A stretch of 64,000 nucleotides of DNA from Marsupella aquatica (GCA_973895155.1 OZ316893.1:21126955-21190954); one strand, 5' to 3'; shown: positions 51,756-63,000, numbered from the stretch's first letter. Notes: a model not told the origin generated them from the sequence alone. Numbers and translations are program-made.

Positions 51756-53819
51756 TCATAATCGCCAGCACGTCCAAGTGATTGCATGTGGTCGGCTTGA
51801 GCAACGTTTGGCAAAAACTTTCTGTGCTTTGGAGCCTTCCATAAAATGGCTGCAACCTCCATAGGACATCTGCCGACTAATACGAACCAACATATTCCAC
51901 ATTCTCTGCTTCTCTGCCAAGGTACTGGTCAAGGTTATGGTGACCTTTGGTTCCTTGGGAATGTAATCCCTATCCAATCGAGTGTTTTTGTTGCTTTGCT
52001 TCAAAAAAAGTATGACAAAGTCGAGGACATATGCAGCAATGTTGCTCCACAAAATCAACATTAAGTCCGGATCATCTACCTCCACATCTTCGTGCAACAC
52101 CATGACAGCAAGGATAGGACGTAAATAGAGTGAGTCTGTCCAATTTTTGTCAAAGACAGCCAACTCCAGTCGACTAGTACTGAATCGTCGAAGGTTGAAG
52201 ATGTATGTTGCCTCTGTCTTCTTCAGATGATAGAATCTCCAAAACTCACGAACAGGGGGCATATTTGCGTGCCTGATTTTACAAAATGAGTCATACCTCT
52301 CAACTTCCTCTTTTGGAGTTTTGGGATGCATCCTATTGATGATTGCATTTCCTGGAGTCTGAGTGGAAGACGTGATGACCACCACTGAATTGGGATCTCT
52401 TCTAAGTGTACTACCTTCTCCCTCAAATCCCTGATATGGTGACTCATTTAGGGGTATATCATACGGAGGTAAAGACTCAGAATCCCTTGGGGGGTTTGAA
52501 TCTGAACCAAAGGGTGACCTACTCCGTGATTGAAATTGACCATACAATCTTGCTTTCTCACTATAAAATTCCTGATGAGGTGGAAAATGAGAGGGGTAAT
52601 CAAGCGGACCCTTTGTAGGATCATAATCTGACGTGGGGCTATGATCAATGTCCCCACCACATTGTCGTGGTTGTGAAGGCACTTGCTTCCTTAGGAGGTC
52701 CTGAACAATAGGAACCACATCTTCACACTTACATCCAAGTAAAGTGGTCAACTCATCAACAATTCTTAAGCAAGACTCTACAAATCTGTGCAGATTAGGT
52801 TCCGTTGTCGGTGCAGGCTTTGTCAGTATAGCCTGGCCATCATTGTCCTGGAGACTAGCATCAACCTCCATGTTGCACCCACCATCTTCACCTGGAGAGA
52901 GGGATTGGGTATTATCCTCCTCCATTGGGGATTCAATACCTTCATGTGTACCACTGAGTTCCCTTAATTGAGCTACAGCCATTCTCTCCATAGAGTGCTC
53001 AGCTTCATCGGAACCCCTCAAAATCTGCTGCACTGGAACAGGCGCAAGGAGCTCTTCTTGTGAAGTGGACCGTTGTCCGTCCATTTCCATGTTCATAATG
53101 AGCAAAGTCTGCTCTATGATCTCCTCTAGGTGTAAGCAATCCACGGAGTGATAAAGTTGTGCCAAGTAATTTTGGAGATAAGTTGGCTCCCCACCTCTCA
53201 AACTACGAAGTTGATCCTTGAGCACATTGAACAAGATCAGGGTCCAGTTTACCCTTGCTTCACCACTGTGAGAAGCTACTATCGTGTTGGCCAAGGAAAC
53301 AGAACAGACTGATGGTCTCTTGGGATGTAGAATAGGTACTAGGAAGTTGAGGACAATTCTAAACTCTGGAAAGTTGCATTGACTCAAATTCCACCCATTT
53401 TTGGTATTTTGACTTCCCGAGAAGTAAGGTTCCGACAAATGTTTCTTCTTTGAGTACAGTGCTTCCCCTTCAGTCGAACACTTAAACGCAGTTGCAATAT
53501 ACTCAACCGACCACACACTTGGTCGACCCCTAATAGAATTGGCAAAATCCTTGGGCAAGACAGAATCTCTCACAAAATCCAGCAAGTACGTGTCCAACTC
53601 GATGTTCGATGGAATGTTGAGTAGCTCCTCCAACCCCATATGCTGCAAGGACAATCGCAATGAAACTAAGCTCTCTTCCGTCGTTGGCATCCAAACTAAG
53701 ATGGGCTTTGGGATGGGTACATGCTCCACCACATAATCTTCATCGCTGTCGTCACTTGTGCTCCCCATAGCTGCTGCAATGTTTCCCCTTGAGGTTCCGC
53801 TTTGTAGGACCGGACGCAA
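51756..53819 (-). CDS. 687-aa transposon cargo protein; helical N-terminal domain reminiscent of plant TE accessory domains (PMD / Transposase_32-like)
   Basis: Longest ORF in the window and inside the TIRs. The N-terminal KNGWNLSQC...LNFLVPILHPKRP...LANTI...VNWTLIL...YLAQLY resembles bryophyte TE-associated ORFs. A low-complexity linker and a second globular region follow. It probably continues via a frameshift into ORF 51571-51855. The domain call is an inference. Confidence 0.75.
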   Translation of the reverse strand: MRPVLQSGTSRGNIAAAMGSTSDDSDEDYVVEHVPIPKPILVWMPTTEESLVSLRLSLQHMGLEELLNIPSNIELDTYLLDFVRDSVLPKDFANSIRGRPSVWSVEYIATAFKCSTEGEALYSKKKHLSEPYFSGSQNTKNGWNLSQCNFPEFRIVLNFLVPILHPKRPSVCSVSLANTIVASHSGEARVNWTLILFNVLKDQLRSLRGGEPTYLQNYLAQLYHSVDCLHLEEIIEQTLLIMNMEMDGQRSTSQEELLAPVPVQQILRGSDEAEHSMERMAVAQLRELSGTHEGIESPMEEDNTQSLSPGEDGGCNMEVDASLQDNDGQAILTKPAPTTEPNLHRFVESCLRIVDELTTLLGCKCEDVVPIVQDLLRKQVPSQPRQCGGDIDHSPTSDYDPTKGPLDYPSHFPPHQEFYSEKARLYGQFQSRSRSPFGSDSNPPRDSESLPPYDIPLNESPYQGFEGEGSTLRRDPNSVVVITSSTQTPGNAIINRMHPKTPKEEVERYDSFCKIRHANMPPVREFWRFYHLKKTEATYIFNLRRFSTSRLELAVFDKNWTDSLYLRPILAVMVLHEDVEVDDPDLMLILWSNIAAYVLDFVILFLKQSNKNTRLDRDYIPKEPKVTITLTSTLAEKQRMWNMLVRISRQMSYGGCSHFMEGSKAQKVFAKRCSSRPHAITWTCWRL

Positions 53820-54325
53820 ACTTGGAAATGGTGAGAATGAGGTCGGGACGGGAAGGACCGGGGGAGAGTGAGTGCATATAGGAACTGTCCTCCATGTGTC
53901 CCAAATGCGCCCGATATTCAGCTGCGGAAGCCTCTAGAAGTCGTGCCCTTCTTTTCAAATTACAATCTGTACGCATCCTATTGTTGTCACATCAATGCCA
54001 AATTTGCGGAGTGCAAGGACCCAATGCCATATAAGCGTAAACGCGTATAGGCATAAACACATAAATGCATAAACGGATAAACGCGATCATGATATTTCAG
54101 CCAATTAAGGCAAGTCTGAAAAAGAACAATGAGGGAAACACAAATGAAGTCTGCCAACACACACTGAAATTGAGTGTTATTACATTATTATTTTTAACAA
54201 TGTTCATGGGTTTCCCCCAATATAATGTATTAGGTCATGTAACATGACCCTCTAGAATGCACAAATACTATGCAGAACAAGAACATATGAGGAACATCAC
54301 CCTAATTCTAAGCTACATATATATC

Positions 54326-55829
54326 TCAGTTGCTACGCACATTCAAGCAACCACCAGGCTGCTTATGAAATTTGAGGGTATAATGCATAATATTATTTTG
54401 CAAGGTCGTCCTTGAAGGTATAGGGCACCTTCTTGGAAGGGTTGGCAAAGATGGATGTTCCTCTTGTTCTGCATCACTATCTGAATCATTGTCGAGAAGG
54501 ATTTCTGAATCCTCTTTAGTCCACATATCATTACGTCCAATTACATAATTGTGCAGTCTAGCACACATGATAATCCATCGAATTAACCAGGAGATCTCCT
54601 TCTTGGACCTCAACTAGGTACGCATCTCTCTCAGGGAGTGCCACCTTGACTTCAAAACACCAATGCAATGCTCATTAGTAACTCTGCACTTAGCGACACA
54701 CATGTTGAAGTCCTCCCGCTCTTGACTGGTGTCAGCTCTTTTGTATGCAGACACCATGTGATCCATGGGCTCATATCCACTGTCACCCAACAATACTATC
54801 CACGACCAAATAAATTGCTGTCATTTTGATTGCAAAATAATGATGACCTTTTGTAGCATGTGAGATCAGAAACAGACCCAAGCATCCCTGCAAAACAGCA
54901 GGTCTTGTGAAAACAATAATTATTTTGAGACCTAAACCTCTCAAAATAAAAGATCTCCCTTTATTCCAAGATGAAAGATGATGTGGGTAGAATGTTACCA
55001 GTGAATAGGTATAGGATCTTTCGCTTGAATGTGGTCACAAACCACCTGGGCATTGATTGAATATCTGCACTTTCTATCAAAGTAGCATTCCCCAGAGTTT
55101 GTCAGACGTTGAGAGAGAGGAATTAGGGTTCCATCAATGAGCCCAACACATCCTGTAAATCCTTTTGTAGAAAACTCTTCGGCAATTGCTTTATGCTCAG
55201 CCCTTGCAGGCCATGACAAATAACCCTTCAGTGCATCCTCCAGTGCACCAAAGCAACGGTCAGTGAAATTGCATACTTAGAGAACCAATACTTACACCCC
55301 AGGTTGGAATTAAGCAATTCAAGCAGGCTCCATTGCTTTCATGGCCCAACCGATCTAGAGTGACAGCAAGTTGCCACTCAACAGGAGCCTGCGGATTCTG
55401 GGAGTCACTGTAAAACACAGGGTGCTGGTCAATTAGGTGAACCAATGCAAATCAAGATGCCTTGTCCATCCGAGTCATTTGCCGGAAGATTAAAGGAGGG
55501 AGCTTGTCAAAATACTGTGTAGCAAACTCCCAAGATTTACTAGTCACTTTCTTGTCAACAAAAAACCTGGTTTTCTCCATCATGGTATACAACTCCATGA
55601 GCTCATATGGAGCACCCTCCAATTCAAGTATATCGGTGTCATTATCAGATTCATCTGATGAGTACAGATCATGATCTGAATCCGAATTAGATAATCTGAA
55701 ATCATTCAAGGAGTCCACATCGCTACCTGATGTAAGAAGGTCATCATCTGAGCTCTCCAGAAGGATGTTTAATACCAATTTCTCTTGCACCACCTGCAAT
55801 TATTTTTGACGATATGACAGTAGAGGCAT
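54326..55829 (-). pseudogene. PIF/Harbinger DDE transposase (DDE_Tnp_4 / HARBI1-like), disrupted
   Basis: Motifs in order: FRQMTRMDK, PQAPVEWQLAVTLDRLGH, GFTGCVGLIDGTLIPL, YFDRKCRYSINAQVVCD, GSVSD, LGDSGY, FNMCVAKCRVTNEHCIGVLKSRW, CARLHNY. Stop at 55800-02 plus several frameshifts. Confidence 0.93.
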
Positions 55830-56125
55830 GGTGTCTCCAAAAGAAGGTCCTGGAAAAAATTGTTCTTTTGTAATCACTACAGAATAGTATGCTCTTCAAA
55901 TCAATTCAGAAAATTCCTCCCAAGCAATTGATGAAACATTTTGTACATGAACAATTCATGTCAAATTCACATGGCTGACACTAGTCACATATTCACAATT
56001 TGCTTATCATCCACAAATTGGAACTGTGCACCAATGATTATAAATTCGAACCATTACATGATTGCCTGTGCCTCACATGCATCTACTCAGGCACATGGAA
56101 CAAAGCTGAACACATAAAAACACCC

Positions 56126-57111
56126 CTACTCCAAATTATAGAACTTTAAAGACCGAACCAGTTCTTCTATAGCTTCTCCCACAGCTTTGGCAGGCTTCTT
56201 CCCTGACTGCTTCGATGTGCTGCCATGGCTTTGTGATGGGGAATATGTTTTGACTTGTCCACTGTGCTTCACATTAGACCGTGGAGAGGCAAAGCACACT
56301 TGGTTGAGAGGGAGCTGCACTACGGGGCGTTCATCCATGAAAGTCAAATGCTGGACTTTAATTTGACCGTTAGAGACAGACAACCAAATCTTCACCTTCG
56401 GTGAATCCTCAGTAATGGAATGTACATACTCCATCTGGGCATGCTCGGTGCAATTTGACAAATCAATCGCACTACAATGTAGGAGAAGCCCTGCAACATC
56501 CCAAAGTTGAGCAGTGACGGGTGGGACCTCCGCATGGATTGCATCTACCAGGCAAACACCAAATCTGAAGGCATAGGTCCCTGGGAGCATGTGGTCACAC
56601 TTGGGTCCAAATTTGAGAGATTTGGCACACAGGCGACCTGTTTTTAGTCTATGTGGGCAGGCAGAGTACACAAATCGTCGAGGATGAGGATGCGGGGCCA
56701 CATAATTTACTACCCAAGCTATCGAAGGGGGAAACACAACGCTCGCTCCAGCAGCCCTTATGTCCTCCACATCGGCTAGCAAAGTCCATGAAACCATCTT
56801 AATTTCTGCAATCCAGTAGCAGAACTCAGTTGACACACTCTATGTTCCTAGCACAATATCCATGACAAAGAAAGATTATTCTTGCACAAGGTTGAGAAAT
56901 TGGACCTTCACCTGAGAAATTTGCGCGAGTTGAACAAGGACTTCTCAACACCGAATGGGAGCGAATTCGAACCACTCTGTACTTGCTCTCGTCCTCGCTT
57001 AATCGTATCAAATTGCTCTTGCATACCAGCAATGACGTAAAATCCGTCGCTGTCCTCAAAATTCAGCGCTCTCGCGAATCCCCTCGCAGCAGCGGATGGA
57101 TGCTCGGCCAT
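56126..57111 (-). CDS. RPA70 C-terminal (Rep_fac-A_C)-like OB-fold/zinc-ribbon protein inside the Harbinger element
   Basis: ORF 56126-56836 contains FVYSACP...CAKSL....KCDH....YAFRFGVCLVD...AQLWDVAGLLLHCSAIDL, paralleling the RPA1 DBD-C pattern (Y.AC..C.KK...C..C...Y.L.....D.....FD.AE.LLG.SA.EL). The probable first exon is 57111-56912 with intron 56911-56848; the join needs a 1-nt frameshift. Confidence 0.7.
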
Positions 57112-58020
57112 GGAGTGTTCACAGTCCAAGGTCCAGCTGATCGAGCGCAGTCGACGTAGAGTTCAAACTCAAGCATAAGTCCAAAACATTTTAACAGTGT
57201 TCGCGCTACGAGTCGCAACACCCATTTGCTACAGTTCACGGGCTAAGTCAAGTAGTTACGGCATACAATTACGGGAGCCTGTTTTGGGCTCCCGTAAGTT
57301 TTACGGCACAGTCCGTAATGGCAGGGTTACGGAAGGGCGTTAACCCCCAGATCCCCTACTCTGAGACGCCCTAATTATATCTACTACAATGCCCTCTTGT
57401 CGCAAGTCTATCATAGTACTGTCCACCCTTCATCTATGTAGCAATACCGTAACCCAGGTTACTTTCATTTACTCACCCCACTAAGGGTTTTGCCCTGTCC
57501 TAGCAAGAGTTATTGACTAGGCTTCTACTGGCGTTTGTAATTTTGTACAGATTCTAGGTTACCAGTATGTTTTGACGGTACTTGCTATTTTCATAATCTC
57601 TTTCAGTAAACTTTTTTCCTAGCAGTAACTACCTAACTAATATAAAGGAGGTGCCACTCATTTTCATACTCATTTTCTGTCCACAGGTTACAGGCTAGTA
57701 ACCGAAACCCATTATGCCCTGATCCTATTAGACAAAATCAGATGAACTCAGTTCCGTGCAGCAGAAAATGGGAGTTGTGTCTTGACACTCCCAATCCTGG
57801 TGGTGGGAACCTGGTTCCATGGCGGACCTGGTTCCCGTTTATAGGTTCAAAATTAGACATACACATTAGACATACACTTACTACAGTGCCCTCTCGTCAT
57901 GAGTCTACTGTAGTACTCTGTAGTGCCCAAGTGCCTGTCCGCCCTTCCTTCAGGCAGGGTCCAGTAATCGAAGCAGCGGAGAAAACAACCACCTCGGTAC
58001 GTGGACGAAGAAGATCTTAT

Positions 58021-58450
58021 TAGCTGAACGAGAGCAAAACGGTGGAATGTGCTTGGCTGTGGCTGTTTGGCGTACACTTGTAGCAACTGCATCAGCCGAG
58101 CCGAGCCACGAACGAGCTTTGCTTTCGGCCAAGAAGAGTAGACTAGAGCAGAGCAGGGCAGGGCAGGGCAGGGCAGTCGTAGCTGCACGAGAAGCAAAAC
58201 GGTGGAATAATGTGCTTTGCTGTGGCTGAGGTCTAGCGTATAGTCAGAGCAAGAGAATCAGTCGAGCTACGGGGCTTTGCTTTCGGGCCAAGAAGAGCAG
58301 AGCAGAGCGGGGCAGCCGTAGCTGCACGAGAGGAAAACGGGGTGGCATGTGCTTTGCTGTGTACTGAGGTCTAGTGTACACTTGTTTGCAAGAGAATTAG
58401 CGGGACGACGAGGCTTTACTTTCGGCCAAGAAGAGCAGAGCAGGGCAGTG
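58021..58450. repeat. Tandem repeat, ~140-160-bp unit, 3 copies, upstream of DGAT1
   Basis: GCTG.ACGAGA..AAAACGG..TGG..ATGTGCTT.GCTGTG...GCTTT.CTTTCGGCCAAGAAGAG...GAGCAGAGCAGGGCAG occurs three times. Confidence 0.85.
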
Positions 58451-60031
58451 GTTGCGACTCTGTTATCATTTCGGTGTCGTTGTAGTTGTTGCTGGAGATG
58501 ACCGCGGTTTCAGCCACGATCCTCGGGGCTGCCCTCTGGTCAGTTGCTGAGCGGAAGACGGCTGCAACCCAGGTGTGCATTTCGATCGGAGACTGTAGCG
58601 AGCGCTCTTTGAGAGAGTCGAGGACTGTCCGATGCCGTTCCCCTCTTTTTTCCATTTAACGCAGCGGTGGTTCTGTCCTCATTTGTGGGTGCCTCTACAA
58701 GTACGGGCATTCTGCTAGACGTTTTGAAAAGCCGTGGGAACTAGGCTTCTTTACTATAGTTTTCCTCAAATAGTGCATTGCCAGCAAATAGAAATTGTCT
58801 CAGTATCGTGTCAATTGTGATGTGTCTAGACAGGATTAATTATTTTCTCTTCCCATGTCGCTTTGTTCGAGCTTCGCTTTGTTAGACTGCGCGGTTACAT
58901 TTCGTTTCGCTCGAACTCATCCGTCATAATTATGTTCTGTTGATCTCTTAATCATAATCCGACGAGGGTCCTTTTGAGTGATGGTGTTGTAGTCTTTCAG
59001 CTGCCTTTGTTCTTCTCATGGTGTGAATGATTTTAACCACTGTAGGATTGTTTAATTGGCATTGCAGCCTGACATAGCATACCCTGACATCCTGGAAGTC
59101 TGAGGCCGGAGCTGCTACTCACCCAAGGGGGTGCCATCTTGTGGAGAATTGGTTCGTATTGAAGGTCTCAGAAATGGCAAGTACGTGACCTTCAGCATAG
59201 GTAGTAGTAATTTCATGGCAGTCCTTCTGTCTGTAAAGAGTACTTTGAAGATGGCTCGTTGATGTTGTTTGGTGCTTTCATGTCCTTGGGAAGTACCTTG
59301 AAGATTCTTGTTGCTGTTGTCCGGTTGTGGCCAAGATTGTGTGAATTTTGGTGATTTCAGCAGATGAAGATTTATGACCTGAATGGGCAACCAAGGAGTT
59401 CATGCAGTCGTAGTAGCTTGTATGATCATTCACAAATATGGCACCGTCCCCTACAGTTGTCGGTACAAAATCGTCTACAGCTAGCATAATATGATCCACA
59501 GTTTATACTCGTTCCCTCATATCTGGAATTCTAGAACCCCGGCTGACGTGTTCTATCTACTCTTGTCATTTCAGCCGATAGATCAGGTTCCACATTTTTG
59601 CGATTGAGTGAGAAGCTGATGGAGGCTACAGCTGATCCTGTAAGAGTAATCATCTATTGCACCACAACGATTTTGTCTCTCTGTTGTTGCTACGTGCTGC
59701 ATTAGATTGGTTTCAGTCGAGTCGTGAGAGATCGAAGAGAGTATTGCATTACATCCATGGAAGGTGTTAAGACCTGCAATTATTCAAACCCCATTTGTTC
59801 TTGCTCTTATCAGGAGTCTTAACCTAATGCATATATCCTTTTAGGTTTAGTTAGTCGGAGAGTGTCTACTTCTGCTGCATACTAGTATTTGCTCGTAGAT
59901 GATTATCTTTTGTTGCTGTTTACCAGTCGCTTGGTTGCGGAGTAGCTACCCAAGGGAGAGAGGAGCATGCTACGGGAAGTGTGAACTCATCAAGTTCAGA
60001 AGTAGACACAGCCTCTGAAGTTACCCAAGAC

Positions 60032-63000
60032 ATGACGACCGCCGAGGACATATCCAGTTTAGTGACTGATCCCGAACTGCGTCGAAGAAGAGCGAACATG
60101 GCAAGTGGACCTTCCACTGGGAGTACTGTATTATTACAAGATGAGCACTCAGGGGAGAAGAAAGAGGCCAATGCCAGACGTGAAGACAAAAGTGCTGAAG
60201 ATACCTATCGTCCGTCTTTTCCAGTACACAAAAGGCCGAGAGAGAGTCCACTTAGTTCTGATGCCATCTTCAGCCAGGTGATTTGCAACTTTGTTTGCAA
60301 TACAACTTATGTTATCCTGTTAGGGGTTGTAAATTATGTTTTGCCGTCACAATAACTTCGCTGCTTACTTCGTCACTGAATAACGCGTCAAAACTAGATG
60401 TTGTGAAATGTAACAACTTTTGCGAGTTCATGTCGAAATCTCTTGCTTTTGAAGATTTCTTGGCCGCCAGGAATTGGTTTAAAAGGAGAATATTATTGTA
60501 GAGCCATGCAGGGCTCTTCAACTTATGTATAGTTTGCCTTGTGGCGGTCAACAGCAGACTCATCATAGAGAACTTGATGAAGGTATGTTTTACTTCTAGA
60601 AACATCTTTGAATTCTTGAGCGGTTAATTGGATCTGATGGATAGATCGGTGTAGAACTGATGCTCTCTTATTTGCTTAGAACATGACGGTAGTCCTTTCA
60701 GAAATTGGAGTAGAAATAGTCAGATTTGGCCTGTGACTGGTACTGTATTCTTCTCAAGCTCATTATACTGTGGCACAAATAATTCTCACGCGTTGTTTAT
60801 TTGGTACCCGTGTGAACTTGCTGATTAGTGACATGTGTGTACTGTGGTTGTCCACTTGGACCCTTTCTTTGGGCTTCTCTCAGTATGGGCTGCTGATACA
60901 AACTGGTTTCTGGTTCAGCTCCAAGTCCTTGAGTGACTGGCCCCTCCTCATGGTTGGGTAAGTTGTTAAATTTGTAGTCGATTGTTTTACCATCTTTTAA
61001 AACATGTTTTATAGCACATGAACTACATGTTTTATATTTTGTCCCCATATTTGAGACGCAATGGTGATTTAAATCGCAAATCTTTGATGCACATGCACAT
61101 GATGGTTTTTGTAAATTGATATTGTTTGGTTTACGGTGCAGCTTATCACTTCCTGTTTTCCCTCTTTGCTCATTTTTAGTGGAGAAGCTAGCAGCCCACC
61201 GTGAGGTGTCCGGAAGGGTAAAACTGCTGCTTGAGCCCGCAAATATCGTACTTTGATTTAGGATTATACTACCTGAAAGTTGGATTCGCTGCAATAAATT
61301 TAAGCTCGCACTTAAACGCACCAATTTCCTTGGAAAGCATGGTCATGGTTGTCACAGCCCAGTTTGTCAAACTAAATGTAGACAGTTTCCGTATATAGAG
61401 AAAGTCGTCGTCTACTGGAATCCATTCTTCCCGAATGCAGTTAAAGTGTCACTTTTAGGATAGTAAACGTGTGGCTGCATTATATTTGGGAGGATAGCTG
61501 CCATTACACAAGAGTTTTTGTGGTTGTTGTCACGTTTTGAATAAAGTAACTTTGTCTGTTGCCCAGATTGTATTCTTCTTCCATGTCATAATTACGACGG
61601 CTTCTGTCTTGTATCCCAGTTATGTCATCCACAGGTGGGTAGAATGAATCTCTCACAAAAATTGGAAAAACAGCACCTGACGCAAGCAGGGACTGAGTGC
61701 GTTTTTACTACTTTCTGCATCTGAATGATCTGCATAATGAATTTTCAAATCATGATAAGAATCCTCATGACTAATTGTGTAATTTGAGGTGAGCAAAAAC
61801 TTTTGACTGACAATAGTTTAGTTACAATATGCAACAGCAACATCAGTGTACAGGTTGCTCAAATTCTTATCTATTGTTGAAAGGGATGTATTATTTCATG
61901 ATTTTTCATTGGCATATGCGGAGCCCAACGGAAGTATTATCATCCTGGCAAGGAGTAACGGAAATCATCAGGTCTAAGTATATCCATTTTTGTCCGGCTT
62001 TTGCAGATGCAATTCAGCTATACCAGCAGGACTGATCCTCACTATGTTGTCAATCGTTGGCTGGATGAAGCTTGTTTCCTATGCCCACACAAACGGCGAT
62101 TCTAGAGCTCTTAGAAAGAAAGGGAATAAGGTAGTTGCTATATATTTTCAATGTGTACTTGGTTCTCCGTATGTCCGGTCGGTTGTGGTCTAGCTAGTTC
62201 ATTACTGCTAGGCATGAAACGTTACGGTCGGGGCCAACCTGACAAAGTTGTGAATGAAATGAAATAAGCTGGCCGTCTCTTTTTCTATAGTGTTCACCAA
62301 AGCGGGAATTTGATTTCAAGCAGGTGGACGTACCGACTGAAGCCAGCTCACTCGTTGAATATCCAGCGAACCTTACAGTATCTGATATAACTTATTTCAT
62401 GGTGGCGCCCACCTTATGTTATCAAGTATGTGCTCTTCTGGCGTCTGCTACAATCTCAGGATGCTATTGATTTCGTAGACGCGTGAATACTGACAAAAGT
62501 CCACCACCCAGCATGTGGATGATGATTCTAGTAGTAGGGGGCAGAAAATGCTTTGAATGTAGAACGCATCGTTGCAGTCACAGAAAGGGAAGGTTTTCAG
62601 CAAGGATAGTGTATCTAGTCACTATACGAAATTCCACTATCTAGTCAGGTGTGTTCTAATGTTAGATACTTGCATTATTTCACTGTCGATATTTTGTTCA
62701 GATTGGCTATCCCCGCACAAAAACTGTCCGGAAGGGTTGGGTATTACGACAGACTCTGAAGCTTCTTACGTTTACAGGACTGATGGGCTTCATTGTTGAG
62801 CAGGTGTGGCCAGGACTTTAGAGATATGAACGAGTTCTCCCTGCTTTACCTTTTAAATAAATTTGAGTTTTCCATCGATCAGACTCGCAAATTTTGGCAA
62901 CCATCTAGTCAGAGTTTGTTCCTGTTGTTTCTAGCTGAACCTGCAGAGCTATTGAGCTTCCGTAACGGCACAAGTTGTCTGCTTTCTTGCAGTATATCAA

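Larger units (their letters stand above)
48837..57372. mobile_element. PIF/Harbinger-superfamily (PHIS; Pangu-like) DNA transposon, 8.5 kb, four genes
   Basis: Perfect 19-bp TIR AGGGCGTCTCAGAGTAGGG (48837) / CCCTACTCTGAGACGCCCT (ends 57372). 3-bp TSD AAT at 48834-36 and 57373-75. Contains a DDE_Tnp_4-type transposase and a Myb/SANT-like gene. Confidence 0.93.

Noticed and set aside
60797-61324. 175-aa antisense ORF in DGAT1
   Set aside because: It spans introns and exons of DGAT1 on the opposite strand with no motif; a shadow ORF.
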